Below, one piece after another: positions 54,685-64,000 of a DNA stretch of 64,000 bases. The stretch covers positions 47,492,001-47,556,000 of the forward strand of contig NC_042999.1 of NCBI RefSeq assembly GCF_006345805.1, in the 5' to 3' direction. The notes beneath the pieces are model-generated. The model saw only the letters and a program-made list of their open reading frames with translations. It was not told where the DNA came from and searched no databases. Position numbers and translations under genes: made by a program. The DNA comes from Octopus sinensis. Lineage: Eukaryota. How positions within the stretch are numbered: the first letter of the stretch is position 1; each line of letters begins with the position of its first letter.

Positions 54685-54971
54685 ATATATATATATATAT
54701 ATCTATATATATATATATATATATTATACCGGCGATCGATAGCCCAGGAGAGACAATACCCTTTGTTAACATTGTTTGCGGGGTCCTTTCTTCCTACATA
54801 TTCTAGAGGCTTTAAACCAAGGGACGCCTTAAACCAATTGATTTTGAGATCTCATGATATGCAATACAGATAAACACTTTCTGAACGGGAAAACTAAGTT
54901 AATCCCATATAAACTGGCCTTACGTATCAATAACACACACATACATATATATATATATTATATATATATAA

Positions 54972-55020
<49 letters not shown>

Positions 55021-55156
55021 TCAATAAATGGTGGGGTTGTGTTGACCGCACGTGGAGAAATGATAAGTAAGGAAAAATTTTTTTAAAAATGCAGAATGCT
55101 GAAATGAAAGAAAATTTTAATAAAATGAGAAAATGATAAAATATATAATATATATT

Positions 55157-55197
55157 TATTCAACCGGTTTTCGTCATTGTATGACTTGTCAAGAATA
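55157..55197 (-). ncRNA. Minimal hammerhead-like motif, U3-A8 core variant
   Basis: Minus strand tattc-TTGACAA-gtcat-aca-atgac-GAAA-accgg-TT-gaata: 5-bp stem I, 5-bp stem II, palindromic stem III. There is one extra A relative to consensus. It sits in a ~440-bp module bounded by (TA)n tracts. Confidence 0.6.
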
Positions 55198-55463
55198 TTT
55201 ATGTTTTAAGAAGTTATTTTAAAAATTAGAAAGGGGAAAAAAAGAAAATTGCATTGTTTTTTGTAAAAGAATAATGATAAAAATGTACAAAAATTAAAAA
55301 TAAGTTCTCCGATACATTGTGAGTTCGTTGTGTATCTTGAGTTTTATGGTTGTTTACCAAAAAATTACCTTGAGGTGTTAAGATCCAAAGGGATTAAGAG
55401 CATGTGATGTGTTGTGTTGTTAAATTCAGCATGTTGCAGGACAGGAAGTAGTAGTAATTGTGG

Positions 55464-55545
<82 letters not shown>

Positions 55546-55674
55546 TATATATATATATATAGTTAACCCAAACATGAACATATATATATATATATATGAT
55601 ACAATAGTCTTAACATGGGCGACATTCCAGCAGTGAAAATATTCCGAATACAATCCCGCTGCGACAACTTACAG

Positions 55675-55705
<31 letters not shown>

Positions 55706-55735
55706 CTATATGTATGTACACACACATACACACAC

Positions 55736-55786
<51 letters not shown>

Positions 55787-56592
55787 ATACACAGAACTGA
55801 GATATGATATATCTAGCCATCTCGAACAGACGCATTGCGTTAGGTATTCATTCTGTTTTTGAAGATGTTAGTTTAACTGCGGGATATTGGTTTGCTATTT
55901 CTAAATGTCATGGGGTGATCACTTAGATGCTTATTAGTTGTTTCCATATAGTAATAATGACTATATCAGCAAGTATGAATTGTGTTCAAGCGATGGCCGG
56001 AAGAATTCCCCTTGAAACTCAAGTCTACATGATATATAACTAACAAAAATTACAAACTTTCAATTCAATGCAGATTAAGAACACGTTGGTTTTCTTAGTA
56101 TAGATAATTTATATATATATATATATATATAGCATTATTGCTAATGTATGTACAACTAGTTACACTGAATTTTCTGTTTTTGGCCGCTGATCGCGCCTGA
56201 TATAAATTTAACCCTGCATTATCTTTTGGATTGAGAAAGAATGATGTCCATGACTTAGGAACCAAAACATATTTAAAGGTGTTAATTATACAAAAATATT
56301 CATTATAAATATTATTTCGATTCCACTAAATATGTTTGTTCGTGTGTATGTGTGTGTACAGTTATATTGGGGTATTTATATATATATATATTTATATACA
56401 TATAAAAGTAAATAAATGGTACAACGAGACACCGATATTTACTGGAAAATAGCAATCGTAATAAATACGACGCTATTGTACAGCTTCACTGCGTATATAC
56501 TAGCAAAGACGCGTGTGTGCAACAAAAATGAAAAAAAATTGTCTTACCTCTAGGAAGGAACATCTGATAAATGGAAAACCTAGAATCGGATA

Positions 56593-56663
56593 ATGCAGGA
56601 CCGGTTTCTGACTCTTCAAATACGTTTGACAACGTAGATTTGATTTGTCTTCATCAGCTGCAT
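56593..56663 (-). ncRNA. Type-I hammerhead ribozyme (canonical CUGAUGA/GAAA/GUC core)
   Basis: Minus strand atgcag-CTGATGA-a-gac-aaa-tcaaatc-tacgtt-gtca-aacgta-tttga-aga-gtc-a-GAAA-ccgg-TC-ctgcat. Perfect 6-bp stem I, extended stem II, palindromic ACCGGT stem III. Confidence 0.8.
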
Positions 56664-57174
56664 ATACCTAGACAAAATTTATATATGTGCCTAGAGATAT
56701 TTATATACACACACGCCGTAAGCAGACACGTATAGGTATGCGAATGTGTACATACATATGTTTCTTTGAGTTCACGAGCATATGTGTGAGTGAGCGAGGG
56801 TGTATGCTCTGCTGGTCAGGATGTTGCCACCGCCAGCACTGTATTCTGGTTTCAACTCATGAATCAGGTCATGCGTTCTATTCTTGAACAAAACATCTCA
56901 TCTCAATTTGCAATGCGAATCTCCAATAACTAACGTGAGGCGCATCTTACATCTGTTTGGGCAACATCGATTCGATGGAAAGAGTCAGCCAAAGTACTAC
57001 ATTTGGTCACTAGAAGCAAATCAGTTGTGCACTCTGTCAGAAAGAAATAGCTGAGCCCAGAATTTGGATTGCTGTCTTTTTGTGTTGTGCTGTCTTTTTG
57101 TGTGTCAAAATGAAATTAAAACAGCAACACTGTAGGGGAAGTCTCACCCTGCTTCAGATATAAAATTGGGAATA

Positions 57175-57957
57175 CGGCCCATCAAGTTAAACAATGTCAA
57201 TTAATGAGATATATATAACCAGTACTGAGGCCTTCTGGCGCATTTTTGCATTCTGAATCCTCGAAAGCAGCCCAGCCATTCAACAACTTTCTGTGCGTTT
57301 AGAAAATAGTTAGATGCTTTACTTCATTGTTGAGACAGCTGCAAATCAAGATTCAAATCCAAAGGATACCACTTTAATAGCCTTATTCAATCTTTGTCGG
57401 TGGCTCAATTTTGCAAAAATGATTGCTGTATCACGTGGTTCCTTCTTATTACACAGAGTAACAATAGATGGAATAGACGCAAATATGTACGAAGGTTCAA
57501 GGTCATTCAATTGGTAGAATATATACTGTACATTCTAATGAATATGAACGTGTTCATCTCAGAATGCTTTTTCGTGTAAAAAGAGGACCAACCCCAAGGG
57601 AAAGTTTGGAAAAGGTTGTTGGTGAGATTTGCAAGGCATATCGAGAAACGTGTTTTGAAGTTGGGGTTGCTTGCAAATAAATGATCAGCAATGGGAAGCA
57701 ACACTGGAAGAAGCTTCAGGATCAAAAACACCAAAGAGTTGAAGAAGTCTTTTTGCTATCTTTTTTACTCTTTTACTCTTTTACTTGTTTCAGTCATTTG
57801 ACTATGGCCATGACGGAGCAGCGCCTTTAGTCGAACAAATCGACCCAGTGTTATTATTCTTTGTAAGCCTACTATTTATTCTATCGATCTCTTTTGCCGA
57901 ACCACTAAATTACGGAGACGTAAACACATGCGATATTGGTGGGACAAGCACAGACAG

Positions 57958-58041
<84 letters not shown>

Positions 58042-58620
58042 TATACAAACACATATATATATATATATACAACGTGCTTCTTTCAGAGGCACCAAGTTCA
58101 GTGGAGTAATCCTGATCAAAATATTAGTTTTACAATGCGGCTTTGATTGAAATAGAACATCAAACTATTTCGATGGGAGATGAACCTATACAAAATTTAG
58201 GTCTCTCACTTATAGAGGGGATCTTAGATGTCTGTCCACTAAAACAATGAAGGAAATCGCCTATCCTGTGGAAGAACTAACCACGTACATAAATGATAAT
58301 CTTCCCAAGCTTCTGCCTGATCATCGTCGTATACATTCCACTGTCATAGAAATTATTAACAATAACATAGGAGGACTTTATTTCTTAGATGCTCAAGGAG
58401 GTACTCGGAATCGTTTGTAATTAAACTCCTCGTCAAGAAAATAAAATAACTTTAGCTACTGCTACTTCTGGGATTGCAGCTGCATTACTACACGGAGTAC
58501 GGACTGCCCATTTAACATTCATGTTACCGTTAGATCTATCTAACAAAGAATATCTACGTTGTAAAAAATCTAAAAATGCTGGAATGGGTAAACTAATACA
58601 AAGATGAGAATTGTCTTTCT
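57175..58620 (+). mobile_element. Helitron RepHel relic (post-Rep region plus PIF1 helicase motifs I/Ia), interrupted by a SINE
   Basis: RYITSTEAFWRIFAF...LSVRLENS..YF...PKDTTLIALFNLC...RIYTVHSNE..HLRML..KRGPT..LGLL..DQQWEATLEEAS...SLFAI, then GGLYFLDAQGGTR...LATATSGIAAALLHGVRTAHLTFMLPLDL. Confidence 0.9.
57772..58085 (-). mobile_element. SINE with internal microsatellite, inserted into the Helitron relic
   Basis: (ttttactc)n tail, then tgtttcagtcatttgactatggccatg..gcctttagtcga.caaatcgaccc, homologous to 58790-59150. Confidence 0.8.
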
Positions 58621-58789
58621 GTTTAATATCCAAATCAACCGTCAATCAACTACTGCCCTCACCGTCACTATGCCTACTTTTACTCTCACCCTAACATGAG
58701 GCATAGTAGAATTGTTATTAGATAGTGAGAGATGGGTTAAACTGTGACACACGGACACACAGACATTTGGGTATTTATTATCATATCTA

Positions 58790-59045
58790 TCTTTACTTGT
58801 TTCAGTCATTTGACTGTGGCCATGCTGGAGCACCGTCTTTACTCGAGCAAATCGACCCCAGGACTTATTCTTTGTAAAGCTAGTACTTATTCTATCGGTC
58901 ACTTAGGCCGAACCGCTAGGTTACGGCTACTAAACACACCAACAGCGGTTGTCAAGCAATGTTGGGGGAAATACAGACACACAAACATAGACACACAACA
59001 CGTACACACACACATATATATACATATATATATATATATATAATA

Positions 59046-59078
<33 letters not shown>

Positions 59079-59150
59079 GACAGGCTTCTTTCAGTTTCCG
59101 TCTACCAAATCCACTCCCAAGGCTTTGTCTGCCCGAGCTATAGTAGCCAC
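58790..59150 (-). mobile_element. SINE with internal microsatellite
   Basis: ctttacttgtttcagtcatttgactgtggccatgctggagcaccg...gccgaaccgcta.gttacgg...tacgacaggcttctttcagtttccgtctaccaaatccactc. Confidence 0.8.
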
Positions 59151-59162
59151 GGAACAATGTCG

Positions 59163-59209
<47 letters not shown>

Positions 59210-59247
59210 TATATATATACACAATTTCACTCAATCAATATATCCTC

Positions 59248-59329
59248 GGCCTGAAGAGTTGCATCCGGTATACACCTCGCTTGGATATTTACCACTTCTG
59301 AAGTTCCGCTCGGTATGAAACATGTAGCC
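59248..59329 (+). ncRNA. Hammerhead-like motif (canonical core, weak stems)
   Basis: ggc-CTGAAGA-g...t-GAAA-catg-TA-gcc with palindromic ACATGT stem III. Stem I is only 3 bp and stem II is irregular. Confidence 0.5.
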
Positions 59330-59349
59330 TGTATCTTGTCAAGTCCATT

Positions 59350-59800
59350 CCTTAACTCTTGTATTCGTATTCGTATACTCGGTAAACATTGTCGCCTACC
59401 GTAAAATATAAAACGAACTTCTTTTCAATTATCTTCGATACGAAAATATCTCCAGCCTTCCGATTCAGTAAACCACTATTGTCTCTGAAAGTTGTTTTTG
59501 TTTTGTATTTACTGCGGATTCCTGGAGCTAATGTTTTCCCTACATCTCGATCTTTGGATCTATTGACAACGGGTAATCGCTGAATGTTACAGTTATGCAT
59601 TATATACGTTATCACTTTAATAAAACCCAACAATAGCTGTGAAAAACTGATTTCCAGTCGTCAGTTCAAATCTGCTTCTACTCAAATCGAACCAGCCAAT
59701 GATGCTAATAAAATACACAATGTTAAAACCGATCCAGGTGGAATTCCTTCAGAACTATTTTAACCGTCTACTAGAGGGCCCAACTGAATTACGTGTCACA
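59350..59800 (-). mobile_element. Possible LINE reverse-transcriptase relic
   Basis: A minus-strand frame reads SSEGIPPGSVLTL, resembling the RT motif SGVPQGSVLGP. The rest is heavily degraded. Confidence 0.35.
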
Positions 59801-60204
59801 TTGTCTAGAAGGAATAGGAAGCAAATTGTAGCTGGTCTGATGCCCTTTGTGTGCCGTGCCTATGCACAAAAAAAGTTGCCGTTCCTTATTTGAAAACTAC
59901 TTTGTAAATTCATTAATAAGTTCAATCACAGAAAGTTTGAACAAATAGTTTTGAACTGTCTCCACAAATTCCATAAATCTTCTAGTCTGATGAAGCCGGC
60001 TTCTACCGAGAAAGAGGCTATATTGCCCTAAAATTTAACTTAAAACTCAGAGATGCTGACAATCAATCTGTTCTTTCTTTTTCTATCTTGAAATTTAGAG
60101 AGCTTTTGATCCAGTCTACAGAAAAGATGCGTTCAAAATAATATATATGCAGTACGTTAGCTTTCTTCCTTTATCAAATCAATGTTGCCTGAACAGGTGC
60201 ACGG

Positions 60205-60348
60205 TGTATCAAATATCAAGTGTCGAAGTGATCGGCGAACAACGTGAGATGAATTGTTTCGCTCAAGAACACAATACATCACGCGTCTAGGAATTGAATC
60301 CACAATCTCGCGATCGCGAGTGCAACAATCTAACCTCTACGCAATGCA
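60205..60348 (-). mobile_element. Degenerate CORE-type SINE head
   Basis: Minus strand gcgtagaggttag..gcactcgcgatcgcgagattgtggattcaattcc..gtgttcttgagcgaaacaattcatctcacgttg. Confidence 0.65.
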
Positions 60349-60406
60349 TCATCACACACACACATATACATCACGTGCATATTTATGTATATATATATAT
60401 ATGTGT

Positions 60407-60477
<71 letters not shown>

Positions 60478-60478
<1 letters not shown>

Positions 60479-60675
60479 GTGACCTCGTGTGTACCGTTGG
60501 CGATTTTTTTTCCTCTGTCTTCCCTTCTCTGGATCTTTCCTTTCCTATGTTTCCGACGAAGAGCTCCGCTCGAAACGTTAAACCCTCCTACTTTCCTTCT
60601 TCCTGAGCGTCCAATAATACTATATTTGTTCCACGTCCTCTCGGTGTTGTCTTTTTTGTGTTTTCTTGTTTGGAT

Positions 60676-60680
<5 letters not shown>
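60478..60680 (+). mobile_element. Short non-coding PLE-derived module with a hammerhead-like motif (60549-60583), inserted in (TA)n
   Basis: gttt-CCGACGA-a-gagc-tcc-gctc-GAAA-cg-TT-aaac, identical to the reverse complement of 34625-34659. Bounded by (TA)n on both sides. Confidence 0.7.
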
Positions 60681-60734
<54 letters not shown>

Positions 60735-61820
60735 TATAAATGCATATACACATCAATGTTTGAGGATAAACTGAGAATGCTTTTGGAGCTATGAACTTCG
60801 TGATATAATTTATGCGTCATGTTAGACGTTCTTGTTTGTGTGTCACTAAAGAGAAGCCATGTTTGTAATCGAACGACATTTTGATTCACTAGTTGCAAAT
60901 AAAAACAAAGCAAATCAAAACAAGTCGCACATATGCACATACAATCGCGCGCACACAGATGCATACGCACAGGAGTACACAAACACACACACACACATAT
61001 GCCTACATATGTATAGACTTGTACACATCATTTATATATGCATATATGTGTACGTGTGGCTGTGTGATCGCGTATACACGTATGCATGTATATATATATA
61101 TATATATATGTCATACAAGTTTCAGTTTGATAATAGAGTTTTATATATATATATATATTTATAATACACACACAGACAGACACACACATATATATATGAT
61201 GCATATCCTGCATTGTTTGTAGAGTGTTACATTGCTACAGGGAATTGAATTTTTCTTAATATATTTATATCTGTTTCGTTCATGACGGATTTCATATATT
61301 CACAAGATTGCCGTGTATTCAAGCTCAGCGTAACATGTAAGTGAATCTATAAAATACATTTGGATGTTTCTCTTCTACGTTTGAATTTAGAAAGTAAATG
61401 CCTATGAAAAATATTAAGACGGATCTAATATCAAAATTACTTTGCTGCTCACGTTGTATTTTCCACAGATATCTTCAACAAGAATGTAGAAGCTTTCTGT
61501 TTAATATCCAACAATACTGCTGTGTACGAAAAAAACACAGTGACTTGTATACTTTGGGATTATGTTTCTTTTTTTTATATTCTTTCTTACATATTATGAA
61601 TTTCTATTGTCTTGTCTCATGGCGACGAAAAACAATTCTATATGAAATATTGAATTGCATATAATATAAATAATATCATTTCTACTGTTGTACGCTTATG
61701 TATTGTTTACAATAAAAATAATATATGTGATAAATAAATCAATGTGCATATATATATATATATATATACCAATGTGTACGTATGTATATATGTATATATG
61801 TATATATATATATATATATG

Positions 61821-61863
<43 letters not shown>

Positions 61864-61917
61864 TGTGTATATGTATGTATGTATATATATATATATACAT
61901 ATATGTGTATATGTATG

Positions 61918-61960
<43 letters not shown>

Positions 61961-62674
61961 CAATCACATCGTCTACGGATATTTCGTCTTCAGAGATTGC
62001 TTTCGCAGGTATTGGTGTACTCGAACGTGTTGGATATAATTGTACACACCGCTATGTAGATTGAACTCACAAAGTCTTGAGGAATATGATGGCCTTGAAA
62101 AGTTGATTAAATATGTAAATGAAATCAATGAAATAAATAGAGGCAGCTTTATTCATGTTTATTATCAGTGAAAGAATTTAAACTTATAACACCACTCACT
62201 CGTTGGAGAGATGGAATTTTTTTTGTGCGGCTCTGACGGTCAGGAGTATATCTGATGTTCTGCCGGAGAAGAAAATATTCCAAAGATCATGAATCTTGCA
62301 GTGAAGCATGGTGACACAAGACCTGCATATTGAATGACACATTCTGAAAAAGAATCGGTCGAACTCCCTCGAAGCACTTTATGATAGAGAGTACGACATG
62401 TTCGCAACACTTGTTGAAGATTAGGCTTTTATAAGTCAGATGTGACTTGGGAGGCAGACTTTATATTATGACAACTCCATGGAACATACTACAGGATTTA
62501 TCAACAATTACCCCGTAAGAGATGAAATCCGAGTGTAGAAATGGCTAACATAAGCCGCGGGTTCAAGATATACATGAAGGTGTATCCACCAGCCAATTAG
62601 TTATAATCTCGGGAATTCAAAACACAAAATTCAAGAAATGAAGCAAATTTTACTACATCTCTCACTATATATCA

Positions 62675-62760
<86 letters not shown>

Positions 62761-62825
62761 GTTTGTTTACATAAAAAACATCTCTTTAAGGTGTTTGGTA
62801 TTTGGAAGGGAATCCAGACGAAAAA

Positions 62826-64000
62826 ATGTCTGAAGAATATTACAAAATTTAAAAAAAAAATTTTTTTTTCCTTCATAAGGACATAATTTTTTAAAGAAAG
62901 ACCGGTTTCGCATTTAGCTTTTCAAATTTCTTGTGACGTTATGTGGGTTCCACGGGACTATCCCTCAGACGTAGATGCACACTGCATCGACAACAGATTG
63001 CATTCCCTGAATATAGAATGATACCTTTTAGTGAGCACATTGAGAAATGCGCAAAGCAACTACTACCACAATTTTTAATCTTTCCATTCTACCAATGTGC
63101 TTTCGGATCATCAACACAAGTTAGACTAAACAAGGAAACATTCTTCATTGAAAAGTACAAGCCCAGACTCAACCATGCGAACATACTGATACAGAGAAAT
63201 TCACATTAAGGGAAAAGGAAAAAAAAAATTAAGCGATTATCTCCCTTACACCGGAAGAAATCACCCACTACCTTCCCTTATTTAGAACTCTCCGGAGCAT
63301 AAACACAAGGATAACTCTATTCAACATAAACATAACGTCACAAGAAATTTGAAAAGCTAAATGCGAAACCGCTCTTTCTTTAAAAATTATGTCATTATAA
63401 AGGAAAAAAAAATTTTTTTTTAATTTTCTAATATTCTTCAGACATATTGACGCAAATATATATATTTTTTAACATATAAGCCTTCTGTCGTTTTTTCACT
63501 CTTTACTATTTTTTATATATTCACCCACGTGCTTTCACAAACCAACTTTCTTATCTATATATTATACACGTGGGACCGAAAATGCCACAGAAGACCAACA
63601 CCTCGGATAAAACCTTAAATGAGGACATACTGAAAGAACTGAAAAATATTAATACACAGCTTCTTAACCTGAACAACAAAATCGAGGAATCAAACTTACT
63701 CGCCCGGGAAAGTAAAAGCAATGAAGATACAACTCGCTACACTGACCAGGTTAGTAAGGATTTGCAACTGTTATACACAACACTAAATTCAATTTTCATC
63801 AACAAATCCGAAAATAATACACACGCACCAAATGAAACACAGCAGGACATCATACGCACCCAAATTAACCCAGCAAAAAGAAAAATAGGAAACATTTGGA
63901 ATACTAACCTGCACAACAGAAAACTCGCCTTCTGGAACATGATAAAAAATTCCAACAAAGCAGATATTTACGAGGGATGGATAAACTCAACACCAATTAT
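62826..64000 (+). mobile_element. Penelope-like element: inverted pLTR, GIY-YIG 3' end, pLTR, then the start of the next ORF
   Basis: 62826-62944 is the reverse complement of 63330-63445. 62940-63209 encodes YVGSTGLSLRRRCTLHRQQIAFPEYRMIPFSEHIEKC...FLIFPFYQC...RLNKETFFIEKYKPRLN. Both pLTR copies carry TTGAAAA-gc-taaat-gc-GAAA-ccg(g/c)-TC. Confidence 0.92.
63582..64000 (+). CDS. N-terminus of the PLE ORF (open to the window end; not in the supplied ORF track)
   Basis: ATG at 63582, then 139 codons without a stop: MPQKTNTSDKTLNEDILKELKNINTQLLNLNNKIEESNLL...RKIGNIWNTNLHNRKLAFWNMIKNSNKADIYEGWINSTPI. Lies directly downstream of the pLTR. Confidence 0.7.
   Translation, partial: MPQKTNTSDKTLNEDILKELKNINTQLLNLNNKIEESNLLARESKSNEDTTRYTDQVSKDLQLLYTTLNSIFINKSENNTHAPNETQQDIIRTQINPAKRKIGNIWNTNLHNRKLAFWNMIKNSNKADIYEGWINSTPI

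Noticed and set aside
59984-60020. CTGATGA followed by gagaaa (possible hammerhead)
   Set aside because: No convincing stem III or NUH site and no proper stem II closure.

Overview
Very AT-rich, microsatellite-saturated, gene-poor eukaryotic DNA. The SINE families and repeat landscape look like a coleoid cephalopod (Octopus-type) genome; this is an inference. Nearly all ORFs in the supplied track are translations of (TA)n, (TAA)n, (CA)n, (TATG)n or (GAA)n tracts, and I cannot confirm any host protein-coding gene. There are two weak candidate exons on the minus strand. The window is mostly transposon remains: R4/Dong-type LINE 3' ends in (TAA)n tracts, Penelope-like element (PLE) GIY-YIG remnants, an apparently young PLE with an inverted pLTR and an ORF running off the right end, a complete Chapaev3-type DNA transposon with a TTA TSD, three mariner relics and one maT relic, a Helitron RepHel relic, CR1-type LINE fragments, many tRNA-derived SINEs and a 5'-truncated tRNA-Leu(CAG). 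The most notable signal is nine type-I hammerhead-ribozyme-like motifs, with canonical and variant catalytic cores, mostly in short non-coding PLE-derived modules in or near (TA)n tracts. One of these modules lies in the loop of a ~320-bp, ~99% identical inverted repeat.
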